A stretch of 63,078 bases of DNA, counting the filler, from Ionaspis alba (Eukaryota): NCBI GenBank assembly GCA_964255285.1. It is 6 parts of 6 records of this genome, joined end to end, with 100 filler letters (N's around TTAATTAATTAA, not from the genome) between each part and the next. Parts side by side here need not be neighbours in the genome. Positions count along the whole stretch, not along the records: positions 1 to 10,516 come from CAXUUL010000603.1; positions 10,617 to 21,084 come from CAXUUL010000604.1; 4 more parts are not named here. One strand, 5' to 3'. This document shows, one piece after another, positions 1-12,788 of this stretch; within the stretch, counting starts at the first letter, position 1, and the number at the start of each line of letters is the position of its first letter. The translations under genes and the position numbers were made by a program. The notes under the pieces were generated by a model. The model worked only from the letters and a program-made list of their open reading frames with translations. It made no database searches and had not been told where the DNA came from.

Positions 1-1245
1 GCGGGATCAATTCCCCCCATAACAACCATCTGGCTTCCTCCCCGACCAGCAATGTTACAAGTGTGCATGCCTCGTGAATTAGTTGCGAGATACTCTGCTT
101 TGAACCAGACAAAACCAGGCAAAGACAAAACAAAAACTGCATCGCTTACGGGTATCAATTGCTGATCGGAAAGGAAGGGTTTCTGCCCACCAAAGATGAA
201 AATTTCATAGCTTCCATTGAATCCTGGAGCCCCGACTGAACAGAATCTGGTCCGTGGAGTAGGCCGTATACCCGTAGCCGTCTGATTATAAAAGGTCTTT
301 GTATCCGGGTCGTATATGTATATATGTTCAAAACCGAGAAGTTCGGTGGGATTGTCATATGACTTTCGGTCAGACGCAGAAGCCATTGCACCACCAATAA
401 TCACATAGAGGCCATTTAGGCCACCAAAAGGGACTCTATGCATTTGATTCCAAATCGATGTTCCAGACGCGCTGAAATCTTGAGCGGAATCAGTAGTCCA
501 TAGGTTTGTTGTTGAGTTGTATGAAATGATGCGACCGAGAGGAACAGATACACTGCAATCGTGAATGCTGGAATCTGAGTAACAGCTTGAGAATCCTCCT
601 ATCATATACCAGGTATCACCATTGTTGGTCGTAGCTCCTGCAACGCCTCGGCGAAGATTTTCGAAAATAGACGTAGAGCTTTGTCCATGCTCTGTCCACT
701 GTCCTCCACCATGGTTGTCTGGTTGAAACCTGTAAAGTGCAGACGCTGGAGTACCAAGGCCGGTACGAAGATGTGACCGTGCGCCACCCCACTGATAGAA
801 CGAAGAACTGGTACGATCAGGCCATAGATAGGCATTATTCCCCGGGGCAACGGCTTTTTTTATTGTGTTGATCGTGACTGTGGCATTAGTCCACGATTTT
901 GTGAGGTCGATAGATAAGGTGTCGTTGTCTGATCCAAATCAGAATCACAAATACGGGAATCGACAAATATTGACTTACTCGGGGCGTAAAAATAGTTATT
1001 GTCGACCATTTGCCAGATATCTCCTCCATCACTATATAAATAATTACCGATAACGATGGCTGGAACTGTGTTATCAAGGGGTTTGAGATTCAAGACATAT
1101 GGTACTTACAACAATGATATGCACGCCTTATAAAATTGCTGGCGTCGGGGACGGAAGGAGCCCAATCAGTGAAATATCGCTGGGTATAAGCGGCGCCGAA
1201 GAGCTCGCAGCAGAGAAATAAGAAACGGATTTGTGATCTAACCAT
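1..1245 (-). CDS. Secreted/cell-surface Kelch-repeat (beta-propeller) protein, 3' end beyond window
   Basis: Not in the ORF track as a whole because it is spliced and runs off the edge. Manual minus-strand translation: MVRSQIRFLFLCCELFGAAYTQ...NFIRRAYH / AIVIGNYLYSDGGD / ...LSIDLTKSWTNAT...IYIYDPDTKTFYNQTATG..PTPRTRFCSVG..YEIFIFGG..VFVLSLPGFVWFK...HTCNIAGRGGSQMVVMGG. This is the motif series of fungal Kelch-repeat cell-surface proteins. Confidence 0.8.
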
Positions 1246-1885
1246 GTTAACGATAATGTAAATGTCAAGAAGATAGGAAACATCCATAGGAGTAACGTCG
1301 CTAAGAAGAAGGGATAGCTCTCGGGAATCAGATTAATTGACTTGTGATCGTCGACTTCAGTCGGGTGATATGTCTCATACTGGTCCTCGAATCTACCCGC
1401 ACAAACCACGATATAAAATGTTTCGGGACTAAAAATAGTCCTTCGAAATATGTACACCGAGAGGCATGGAGAGTCAAGAGAGGGAATAGCAGAATTCCAT
1501 TGGGAGGTTGCTAAGAATCAAAGTATTAAGAAGGGTTCAGCAGGACTGCTGAGCCAGCTCAGCAACACGCTGACTCAGAAGTTGATTAGCCGAACCACAT
1601 AATGCAAATGAAAAAGCATCTGTTACTTCTGTGTCTGAGTATTGGGCACGCCGGTCACCCAATTTGCTCGCTAATTAGCGGCACAGTAGCAGACTCTGAG
1701 CTTCAAATCAGAGGGAGCTTCGGGGGTACTCTTCAAGTGCATATGAGTCGTGTGCAAAATCCGAGTCGTCCTCGAAGTGACGCGGATAGCTGACACCTCC
1801 CTACTATCATTAGAGCTATAAGTATATCCACTGCGTCTTCGCCATATGAAACTACCCCGTCATGTCCTTCATTTCTGTCTGATCC

Positions 1886-3670
1886 TCAGATAGGCCTTCC
1901 CGCCACTCTAATCGGATGAGCTTCCGTATTATAGACCCACTGATTCACTCCATTCCTCTCTGCCTGCCAAATGTCATCCTATGAGGCTCGTCAGCAACCA
2001 GGCACAAGGCGAAGACTAGGAGGCACAGAAGCAACAGAGGGGCACAGGAAATGAAATGAAACTTACTTCCGCCTGAATCAAATAGCTATATTTCATCACC
2101 TCCGCAAACAAGAAGCTCTCCTGCAAATCCGTCTTCTGCCCTCCACCAGCCGCATTCACATCTGCCAAGCTGCTGAATCCGCTATCCGTCCTCGTGCTTG
2201 CATTGATTGCCACGAACGCCTCCCACGCCCAGTCCTGATACTTTGAGTCGCCGGTGACACGGTACGCATAATAGTAGCTCTCAATAACTTCGGGCCTAAG
2301 ATCGTAGGTTGCGTCCTTGATGTAGAAGCCTGATTTCTCGAAGAACGCTCTCTGGTCGTCAGGTACACCCTCCTGATCCCAAGCGAATATCTCAGGGCCG
2401 ATGTGCGTGGCCGTGGCAGTGTACGTATCGCGACATCCGTCTACAAGCTTGAGACCGAAATCGATATAGTCCTGTCTGTTAAGCACCCTACCACCGAGAA
2501 TTATATTGCCACCAGCGAAGCAGGCCAGATGCTGAGACGTGAGAACCAAATCCTTCCCTTTGAATTCAGCTAGGAACGTAATATCTGGACGGGGCTTTGG
2601 ATGCGATGCCAAGTTTTGGATAGTGCTATCAACAGCGGTGCTCCATCGGTCCTTGTACGAGGCGAAGCGTGATGGATCGTAGATGTACATCTTGATGAGA
2701 TATTCGTAGAAGGAGTCGTCGCCACCTTGCCAGCCACCGGAAGCATCTATGAACAACCCAGTATTTATGTCGACATTCGAGCCGACAAGACCAGGGAAGG
2801 GCTCGGAAGTTGCGGGTTTCGGTGACAATATGTAAGTTTCCGCTTTCTGGGAAAGCTTGGCGTAGATGGGATTGGAGGTCAGGTCAGAGAGATGCGTCCA
2901 TTCGAGGACCAGTGTGCCAAACTGAGCGATGTTGTTCACGGCGTCCCCGGAGAAGCTTTGGTCGTTGATGTTGAGGGAATTGTAAGGAATGCCGGTTGAA
3001 GTGTTGAATGCGAATTGCAAGGTTTGAGCTAACTTGATTGATTGGGAAAGAAGAGCATTGACATTTGACCCCTATGCAACTATTAGTATAGCAAGCTTGT
3101 CTGGTTCGAGCTCTCTTACCTTCTTCACAAGACCCCTCAGTGGTCCTTTGAGTAGATCATATCCCGACAACATTCCTCCAAGATATCGAATCTATTCATG
3201 ATTAGACGAAAGCTAGTTTCCAAGATCGAGAGAAATACAGTAGTTTCGAACAAGCTTGCCGTGGTATTGGTGTGGGTGAAGTCAATCGTAGGAACAAAAT
3301 CCACAATCTCTTGCACGATCTCCTTGTTTCGCATGACCAGTGCAGTGCTGAGAGCATCTACGGCACTTGCTCCCCATCCATTCCTTCGATCTCTTTAGCT
3401 CGTTTTCCCAGCAGATCGGTGAGTGTGGGCATACCTCGAGTTGCCAAATCCATTCGATACAGGAAGGAGCTCGTCATTCGGGAAGGCATACTTCTTGTAT
3501 CCATCCCAGGCATGCACGAAGGCTTCCTGAACAGCATCCGCTCGTGCTTGATTTGCCACATGTTTTACTTCTCGTCTAGAGTATATTTGACCTTGCTCTT
3601 GAAGAGGTAGTGCAACAACACTAGAAATTGCGGCAGTAGCTATCAAGAGATGGGAAGAAATGTACATCAT
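1886..3670 (-). CDS. Class I alpha-1,2-mannosidase (GH47), multi-exon
   Basis: Signal peptide [98 protein letters not shown]; last exon [16 protein letters not shown] (stop 1886-1888). Confidence 0.95.
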
Positions 3671-4426
3671 GAGCGAAAATATTGAGGGATCGAGGGTATG
3701 AACTTAGAACAAGATGAGAGAAAGACGATGAGAGAGCCTGCGTGATATATGAACAAATCAAACTAAATGCAGCACCGTTGCTGGCTTTATAAGAAGAAAA
3801 GGCAAAAGGCAGTCCAAAGTCAAATACACGATGAACCAGGGATAAGCAGTTGATACCAAAGACGTCAAGATGTGAGTATATCCTGCTCGACATCGAAACG
3901 CTCCACACATCGTCACAGGCCAACTCGCAGAACTTCTTCACGCGCATCATTGTGCAAATGACCATCTCCAAGTAGGAAGGAGGCAAGTGCTTCAAAACCT
4001 TGCAGCTATAACAATACCGCGAGCTGGTCTGGTGAACAACCTCTACGGCTCTTGCATTTCGCGGGGTAGAGCCCGTTCAGTGCGAATATAGCCTATAGGC
4101 TACAGTCCTTGCTATACCCGCATGCTTTATATCTGTAGGAGTGAAGTAGTAGAGTCTTAGTGCTGCTTCGATCACGCGCGAGTATGCCGTGAACCGTGAA
4201 AGCTGATCATGTTAGCAGGATGGAGATCAAGCATTATTCAGAGGGGTATTAACTAGCTCCGGTAGACACGGCGCCTTTCGGACCCCCGAAGCCACCCGCA
4301 GGATCAGGTGGCAGCCCGCCCAACGGCGATCTCGACATTTCATGTCCATCCTCTCAAACCCCTTGCTAGTTCATCTATCTAACTTTCTCACGCCTTCACG
4401 GTCCAATTCAAGTCTACCATCTTCCC

Positions 4427-5379
4427 ATGCCACCAAATCGGCACCTCCTCCACGCTTACCGCATAGCCCATCGTGACCACAGCTTTCTCCTTCCTTTCCG
4501 CCGCCGGCTGGCCACGAAACCCCCTCCTCCACCCCGCGATCCCCAATCCCGCCTCGCACGCGTCAATGCCCGCCTTCCTCGCTTCCTCCACCGCTGGACG
4601 ACACCTCTTTTCAGCGCCCCTCTCACTCATGTCTCTTCCTTCCTTCTTCTCCATGAACTGACCGCCGTACTACCTCTCTTCGCTCTTGCGGGCTTTTTCC
4701 ACTATGCGAAATGGCTGCCGCCATTCATAGCGGAGGGGAAGTGGGTAGCTGAGGGGGTTGCAATGTTCGGACGGTGGTTTAGGAGGAGGGGGTGGATTAC
4801 GGATGATAGCATGGGCGCGGATGCGAAGAAAGGGCGCTTTGGGAAGTGGTGGGGAAGAGGGGAGGGCGGAGTGAGGGTTGTGGTTGAGTGAGTTCCTTGT
4901 GATGGAGACTCATGGGGCAGGAAAAGCGTGGGGAATGACATTTGAGAATTCTAGGTTTGCAACGGCATACGCGATCGTCAAAGCCACGTTACCTGCGAGA
5001 CTGATCTTCAGCGCTTGGGCCACGCCGTGGTTCGCCAGAGTAGTGGTTGTGCCGATGCTGAATGGTTTCAAACAGATCTTCAGGAAGAAAAGGGCGGTAG
5101 CTACTGGGGCAGCTGCTGTGGGGGGAGGTGTAGTGGCAAAGGAGGCACCTGCGGCAGTGGGGCCCGTGAAGAGGAGTCTGGATGTTGGGAAGGAGATGGA
5201 GACTGGNNNNNNNNNNNNNNNNNNNNNNNNNNNNNNNNNNNNNNNNNNNNNNNNNNNNNNNNNNNNNNNNNNNNNNNNNNNNNNNNNNNNNNNNNNNNNN
5301 NNNNNNGGGGCCCGTGAAGAGGAGTCTGGATGTTGGGAAGGAGATGGAGACTGGACTGAAGGGTAAAGATCAGCCATGA
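4427..5379 (+). CDS. FLILHELTA-family (Mrx11/YPL041C-like) mitochondrial protein
   Basis: Arg-rich N-terminus; signature HVSSFLLLHELTAVLPLF; intron ~4888-4954; exon 2 FATAYAIVKATLPARLIFSAWATPWFAR. The 3' end spans a gap whose flanks overlap, so the true end is probably ...ETGLKGKDQP* at 5379. Confidence 0.8.
5207..5306. other. Assembly gap with duplicated flanks (false gap)
   Basis: GGCCCGTGAAGAGGAGTCTGGATGTTGGGAAGGAGATGGAGACTGG occurs immediately on both sides of the 100 Ns. Confidence 0.9.
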
Positions 5380-5578
5380 CTTGAGAGGCGAGTAGCTAAG
5401 GTTGGTAAGCATCTCAATTTGGTTATAGTCACCGTCCAAAAGTGGATCTGGATTCTGCAATGGTGGTATCCTCTGTTTGGATTCATCTACTAATCTATGG
5501 TCATTCCAACTTTCAAATTGCCATATCCTTCACGCCTCAAATCAGTATGGACTTTTGTGTATATATTTTCACGCCAAT

Positions 5579-6388
5579 CTATGGCTTCTCGTAGATCCAA
5601 TCGAACTGAGAGTGCTTGTACTCAATGACTTCTCCCTTGTTGAACCACAGAGCAATTTCCTTTTTGGCGTTCTCGACGCTGTCGGAGCCATGGCAGACGT
5701 TTCGGCCGACGTCCTAAATTGCTTATCAGACGTTGAAGTGATTTGGACTCGCTCGGAACACTCACGATAGCGTAGTCACCACGGATGGTGCCAGGAGCGG
5801 AGGCCAATGGGTTAGTAGCACCAAGGAGAACTGGATCCGTCGTATTAGCAATTGCTGTGAGATGAAACGGAGGGTGACATACCACGGCCAGTCTTGACGG
5901 CATCACGTCCTTCCCAGACCATTGCGCAGATTGGGCCCTTGAGCATATCTAGAAACCACGTGTCAACATGACGACTGACTTCGGAAGCAATGGTCTGTCG
6001 ACCGGACATACAGGTGACGAGACCCTTGAAGAAGGGCTTGTCCGACAAGTCTTCATAGTGCTTTTCGAGGTGCTCTTTGGAAGGAGTGCAGAGCTTCATG
6101 GCGGCAAGCTTGTATCCGCGCTTCTCAAAGCGAGAAACAATGTCTCCGACGAGTCCACGCTTTCGAGGTAAATTAGCCTTGTATTTAGCTACAACACGTG
6201 AAAGGATAGAAGCTGCTGCTTTCTCCCTCCTTGTGGAAGGCCAACAAATAGAGTCACGCAGTCTCAAGGAAGCTCGGTCCTCCTACCTGGACACCATCGG
6301 GCTTGATGGCAATGAAACTATACGTAGAAGTTAGCAGGAGCAAACTCCACTGAGAGATAATTGGAACACACGTCTGTTCGTTTGCCAT
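5579..6388 (-). CDS. ndk1: Nucleoside diphosphate kinase, multi-exon (possible upstream in-frame ATG at 6523)
   Basis: MANEQT / [10 protein letters not shown] / [18 protein letters not shown]...[11 protein letters not shown] / [18 protein letters not shown] / [21 protein letters not shown] / [18 protein letters not shown]...WIYEKP*; catalytic His in HGSD. Confidence 0.97.
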
Positions 6389-6738
6389 TTCTGCAGCTTT
6401 GGCGGCTTCCTCTCTAGCTTTTGCTGATGTTCGTAAAAGTGAAGCGGTCTTGGGATTCACGAGCTTGTAAATGGCAGGTTCAGGAGCAGACTGGGAGGAT
6501 GAAGATTGATTATTGTCCTCCATCTGAACAATTGTGGAAGTGGTGTGAGTGGGGCACTTCCGATGGTGGGGCGCCACGGTAATTTATCCCCTCACTAGTC
6601 AGGTACAGAGTAATGTATTTACACCGGCCTCCGGATAGCTCTACCGCAACGTTTCATGTTCGGATTACGCGACCTCAATAGAGAAGCGAGGCGACCTCTC
6701 GTACCTGATCACTCAACGATCAATTCGAGAGGCTCAAG

Positions 6739-9700
6739 ATGGCATACAGTATATTAGACCGGCGGTGGGCGCGTCTGATATCGCTCTTGGCCATCTTGTA
6801 TTGCCTTATCACGCCTGCTGGTTGGTCAAACAGCGCTATTTGAATACGGCCCAGCTGCTAATACTGTTTACAGTCATGGTTAAGCATGAGAATTTCAAGA
6901 CTTGCGATCAATCGGGCTTCTGCAAGCGTAATCGAGCGTTAGCGGACTCCGCCACAGCACAAGGAGCTTCTTGGATCTCACCCTACAGAGTGGACTCTCG
7001 AACGCTCACGGTGAAGGATGGCCAGGTTACCGGCACAATATTCAAGGATATTGAAGGCAGCGCGGAGCCTATACGGCTGCCTCTAGTCATTAGCTTTCTG
7101 CGATCCGGGGCTGTCAGGGTCACTATAGACGAGGCAAAGCGCCAGACCGGGGACATCCAATTGCGGCATGAGAGTCAAGCAAGGAAAGAACGGTACAATG
7201 AGGCATCGACATGGGCACTTGTGGGAGGTCTCTCTCTTGGCTCTAGTCGAGCTTCTTCCTTCAACCAGGAGAGTACGACGATTCAATATGGACCAGACAA
7301 GAAATCCCAAGCCGTCATACGGCACTCACCTTTCATGATTGATTTCATACGAGACGATCAGGTTCATATAACACTAAATGGAAAAGGCTTAATGAACTTG
7401 GAACATTGGAGACCACAGGTACCTAAAGTTCAAGAAGAAGCTAAAGAAAGCGAGAGAGCCGAGGAGGCTGGAAAGCCTACTCCGGAAGCTGGCAATGGTG
7501 TCGACGAAAGTACGTGGTGGGAAGAGACTTTTGGTGGCAATACAGACTCCAAGCCTCGGGGCCCCGAAAGCATTGGCCTTGATATAACGTTCCCTGAATA
7601 CGAGCACGTGTTTGGAATCCCGTCCCACACAGGACCATTGTCATTGAAAGAGACACGGTTTGTGAATTCAAATGAACATCCAGCCGGGAAGAATTTCTTG
7701 CTAATGAAGAGGCAGGGGTGGATCTGGAAACTACGATCAGCCTTATAGGATGTACAACAGCGACGTCTTCGAGTACGAATTGGATAGTCCCATGACCCTT
7801 TATGGCTCAATTCCTTTCATGCAAGCACATAGAAAGAATTCAACCGTCGGAGTCTTCTGGCTCAATGCAGCAGAGACTTGGGTCGATATTGTCAAATCGA
7901 AAGTCTCGAGTAATCCGTTGAGTCTCGGCACTAGAGCTAAGACTGACACAAACACACATTGGTTTTCGGAGAGTGGAGTCTTGGATATATTTGTCTTCCT
8001 AGGACCTACATCGAAGGACATCATACAGACTTATTCAGAGCTTACCGGCTATACCCAACTTCCGCAGCAATTCGCTACTGCGTATCATCAGTGCAGATGG
8101 AATTATGTTACAGATGATGATGTTAGAGATGTCGATAGGAAGTTTGACAAGCATAAGATCCCATATGACGTGATCTGGTTAGATATTGAATACACCGATG
8201 GCAAGAAATACTTTACCTGGGACCCGCTGACATTTGCGGACCCCATCGGGATGCAGAAGCAGCTCGATTCGCATGGCCGCAAGCTAGTGGCAATCATTGA
8301 TCCACATATAAAGAACGAGGGTGGATATCAAGTCGTCGATGAATTGAAGTCCAAGTCACTCGCAGTCAAGAACAAGGATAACAATATCTACGAAGGATGG
8401 TGCTGGCCAGGCTCGTCCCATTGGATCGATTGTTTTAACCCGGCAGCCATCAAATGGTGGCAAGGTCTTTTCTCGTACTCGTCCTTCACAGGCACGGCAT
8501 CAAACACTTTCATTTGGAACGACATGAACGAGCCGTCAGTTTTCAACGGGCCCGAGACCACGATGCCGAAGGACAACCTGCATCACGGAAATTGGGAACA
8601 CCGTGATGTCCACAATCTCAATGGGTTGACCTTTATTAATGCAACATACAATGCGCTACTTCATCGCGATGCGAAATCTCCCCGCCGTCCTTTTGTCTTG
8701 ACACGTTCTTTCTTCGCCGGATCCCAACGCCTTGGTGCTATGTGGACAGGCGACAACCAGGCTGACTGGGGTCATCTTGCTGCTTCTCTCCCTATGGTTT
8801 TATCACAAAACATTGCTGGATTTCCTTTCTCTGGAGCAGATGTCGGCGGCTTCTTCGGCAATCCCAGCAAGGAGCTTTTGACCAGATGGTATCAAGCTGG
8901 AGCATTCTACCCATTTTTCCGTGGTCATGCCCACATTGACACCAGGCGGCGTGAACCCTATCTGGCCGGAGAGCCGTATACAGGTATCATCACGCAAGCT
9001 CTTCGGTTGCGGTACCAGCTCCTTCCGGCATGGTATACCGCCTTTCACGAGGCAGCTACTAATGGATCGCCCATTCTTCGTCCACACTTCTACGTCCATC
9101 CAGCTGATGAAAAGGGCTTTGCAATCGATGACCAGTTCTATGTCGGCAGCACAGGTCTGCTAGCCAAGCCTGTGGTGGCCGAAGGTGCGGAGTCTGTGGA
9201 TATCTATATTCCAGACGATGAGACTTACTACGACTATTTTGATTACAAGATAGTTCGCGGTAAAGGTAAGACGCACAAGCTCGTAGCGCCACTAGACAAG
9301 ATTCCTCTGCTCATGCAGGGCGGACATATCATCCCGCGACGTGATCGGCCTCGGCGGAGCAGTGCGCTGATGAAATGGGATCCCTTCACCCTCGTCGTCG
9401 TGCTAGGCAACGATGGTAATGCCGAGGGCACATTGTACATTGACGATGGCGAATCCTTCGATTACCAAGAAGGCGCATACATCCATCGTCAATTCGCATT
9501 CGATAGCGCGGCGCAGACCTTGGTGTCGACAGATCTAGGCACGGTAGGGAAGAAGACGAAAGAGTACTTGAAGACAATGGCGAAAGTTAGAATAGAGAAG
9601 GTTGTGATTGTTGGAGCTCCGTCTTCTTGGGAAGCGAAGACGGAGATACTAGTCGTAGATGATGGTGCAAAGGAGCCGCGAAAAGCCGGCTTGAGCTGGC

Positions 9701-9789
9701 ATGGGGCTAGGGATGGGAGAGCGGCTTGGGCGGTGGTGCGAGATCCCAGTGTTGCTGTCGCTGCGGGCTGGAAGCTGAAGTTCTCGTAA
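6739..9789 (+). CDS. gls2: ER glucosidase II alpha subunit (GH31)
   Basis: Signal-peptide exon from ATG 6739; VKHENFKTCDQSGFCKRNR; GH31 nucleophile motif IWNDMNEPSVF; WTGDN acid/base motif; GADVGGFFGNP; FFRGHAHIDTRRREPY. Confidence 0.96.
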
Positions 9790-10379
9790 GCTGCGGTCTG
9801 GAGGATTCAAGTGAAAGAAATGCGTGAGGCTCCTTAAGACGAAGCTCGGAGAGACACAATCAATCTTTGGTGAACCTCTAACTTTCTTGACCTGCACGTA
9901 CTCAAGTTTGAAACCATTTCAAATCTTGACATCTCCTATTATCCTCCTGCTCATGTGGACTTCCTGAATTCCGCCGAGATAGCGCACTAGTGGTGGGCGG
10001 CCTCCAGGTGCTTAGAATTGTTGAATTCTGTTGATTTGTGGCACGAGTTCTTTTGATTTGCCAATTTGCTTGCAAGCCGCGTGGCTATGAAACCAAGACT
10101 TGGCTATAGCACACACACAATAATTTATGCAGGCACCGGACCTACGTTATTGCTGGAGAACCTCACCGCACATTGCTCACACACCACAAACGACGGAAGA
10201 CTGGGCCACAAAGCTGGATCTCACTATGTTCCGGAAATCTCGTGAGTCAGCTGGAGGATCATTCAAGATCTCGTATTGCCTTGTGGCCCCCACGTTCCAT
10301 TCCTTTGACGCCTCATGCCTATCTACTTGCCGAGTATATATCTGGGACCGCACAGGATTTAGTTCGCTCGCACCGATAA

Positions 10380-11260
10380 CGTTATATTAATAATTAAAAA
10401 AAAACGGTATTTTTGTTAAGCGAAATTCGCGTAATATCAATTAACTTATTATAACGTAATATAGAAATTAAACGAAAACGGATTTTTTTTATTTTTTTTT
10501 TATTTTTTTTTTTTCGNNNNNNNNNNNNNNNNNNNNNNNNNNNNNNNNNNNNNNNNNNNNTTAATTAATTAANNNNNNNNNNNNNNNNNNNNNNNNNNNN
10601 NNNNNNNNNNNNNNNNAAATCTAGATTTTTGAATTTCGGTTATTTTATCAATTATTTTATTAATTCGTTTAATATATTACGACGCTAAATTAAATCCGGA
10701 AATTTTTTTCGGATATTTTTATTTTTCGGCACCCCGGTATTTATATTAAATTTAATTAAAAAATTATTTTATATAAATTTGTAGGGGCTGTCTAGGTGGT
10801 AGACAGGTTTTACGGGTGGATTTAATCACTGCGTGGTAATAGTCAAATAATAAAATATTCGCAATAATATAAATTGTTATTAATTATTAAAAAGGTTTGT
10901 GATATGGGATTTATTCTCGCGAAAATTTAATATTAATTTATAAAAAATTTAGCGGGTTCGCGAATTAAATTAATTCGCGATAAATTTAACTGTTTTACAA
11001 GTTTTTTACTATTGAGGGCTTACATAATTATAAATATATTAATTTATTAATATTTTTGTTATAATATATAGACCTGAGAGGTATATAGTTAATAAATTAT
11101 TATTATATCTCACGACAATAGTCCATCTAAGGATTAAATTTAGCACCACCCGTCCTAATTAGGTGGGAATTTCTTGGGGAATTCCTGTTCTATCTTCCAC
11201 TCCTACTTGGTAATTTATTAAAAATTTGGTAAACATTTTATTCTATCCGAAGAATTCCTA
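10380..11260. mobile_element. AT-rich degenerate repeat relic, probably a RIP-mutated transposon, interrupted by a gap
   Basis: Abrupt switch from ~50% GC to very AT-rich sequence with excess TpA and few CpA/TpG, and no ORF. Contains the linker gap 10517-10616. Confidence 0.6.
10561..10572. other. Artificial contig-joining linker TTAATTAATTAA inside an N gap (also in gaps at 21085-21184, 31610-31709, 42112-42211, 52600-52699)
   Basis: Identical 12-mer with stop codons in all six frames, centred in five separate 100-nt gaps. Confidence 0.95.
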
Positions 11261-11734
11261 TCTAGGAAAATAGGGGTGGTCCTTCTCACCTTTCCCAAAC
11301 GGGTAGGAATATTCCAGGGAACTCGCGTCCTCTCTTCCAGCTGACAACCCCTAATGACAGCCCTTGGTACTGTTAGTTACTCTCTCGATGATGTTGCGTT
11401 GCAGTAACATCATCTACTGTCCTATACATAAAAGAACTATTTCGATAATCAGAACATCCCTCTGCTCCACCACGGTGACACGCTACAAAGCATGAAGTTG
11501 GGAGTGTGGTCGGTTGCCTGCAAGTCTTTGGGCCTGTTGGGAAAATAGGCCTGTAGTATCACAACTGAGAACGGCAAAAAATGCGGGAACATCAGTGTGG
11601 ATGCTCCATCGCAAGAGCATATCGGAGGGTATTTGGACGATGGTACGAACAGCTGTGAAAGGCCACCGGTGGCCGAACTTGCCATGTTCTACAGCCTGCA
11701 CCCAAAGGTGTGACGGCAACCGCAAATGGTGCAG

Positions 11735-12574
11735 TCATTCCAATCGAATAAAACTTTCTCTTTTCACAGTGCCGAGATTTGTCCGCCTAAACATGGGAAG
11801 AAGGTCTTGCAAAAGATTTCGCTCTTTCCCTAAAGGCTCATCCGCCTGCACCCAATTATGTCTGTCCTTTGGTAGCCGCAGTTTTCGCTTGACATTCGCC
11901 GATTGCGCTTCGGGGTCGGCCAATTCATTACACAAGACAGGTGTACTCCCCTGCACCAGGCTACCACCCAAAAAGTTGGCCGCAGAGTGCTCATCAAATC
12001 CACGCTGCGGAATCTTGTTGAGATCGCGGACTTCATCAGTCTTCGCAGCTTTCTGCAAAGCTTTGCTCCGTTGAAATTGATTACGCTCAGCCGCAAGGGC
12101 CATCAACTGCTCGGCCTTGTCTTGACGTTTAAAGTAGCGCAGATCTGCATGTTGACGATCGCCGGCCAGTCGGCAAGGATTGGCAAAGTCAGTCGATCTT
12201 ACAAGTGCTCGAGACAAAGGGTGCACGTTCTGCTCGTCATGAAAATCTGGGGTTGCGGTGTTGACGAAATCTGATGCCGCGCACTGAGGCACATGGTGGT
12301 ACACCTGTGCAACCTGTGGCTTCTTTGATTTTGCACGGCGGCGACGGTCTATTTCCTTATCCTGTGCTTGTTTGTATTGCTCGAGTCGTCGATAGAGCTC
12401 CTCTGCGTCTAGACAATTGTTCGCTTTTGACCGTTTGCCGCTCTTGTAGTGAGATCGGGGCCGATGCGCTCGAGTTCGACTAGGCTGTAGGGCCTGCGGC
12501 TGGTAAGCTTTGAGCAATCCATTGCGACATAGGCTATTTACCTTGTCAACGACCCGAGTTGTTTCTGGACCCAT
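11735..12574 (-). CDS. Hypothetical fungal protein (279 aa)
   Basis: ATG-initiated 279-codon ORF, basic and helical, with protein-like blocks AEELYRRLE, YHHVPQCAASDF..TATP and ERNQFQRSKAL. The 3' end could be spliced further. Confidence 0.65.
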   Translation of the reverse strand: MGPETTRVVDKVNSLCRNGLLKAYQPQALQPSRTRAHRPRSHYKSGKRSKANNCLDAEELYRRLEQYKQAQDKEIDRRRRAKSKKPQVAQVYHHVPQCAASDFVNTATPDFHDEQNVHPLSRALVRSTDFANPCRLAGDRQHADLRYFKRQDKAEQLMALAAERNQFQRSKALQKAAKTDEVRDLNKIPQRGFDEHSAANFLGGSLVQGSTPVLCNELADPEAQSANVKRKLRLPKDRHNWVQADEPLGKERNLLQDLLPMFRRTNLGTVKRESFIRLE

Positions 12575-12788
12575 GGAGGTTGATGGGCGCTAGTGTCTGT
12601 AGAAATATCATGCGAAAGAAGAGATCAAATGTATATTAGACGATTAATTCTATCAAGATGATCGAGATGAACAGCGAAGGTAGTCGAGATTGTTGAGGAA
12701 ACTTGGACGGGGGCCAAAAGGGCAGTACTTGGTACTTGTAAGTGACGAGTAGTGGTAGCGCCAAGTTGACGGGGTAAAATGCCAAATG

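Noticed and set aside
5161..5354. Apparent ~46-bp direct repeat
   Set aside because: The copies directly flank a 100-N gap: an unmerged contig overlap.
10561..10572. Recurrent palindromic TTAATTAATTAA motif (five copies in the window)
   Set aside because: Always centred in N gaps and has stops in all six frames, so it is a scaffolding linker. Gene adjacency across these gaps is also unproven.
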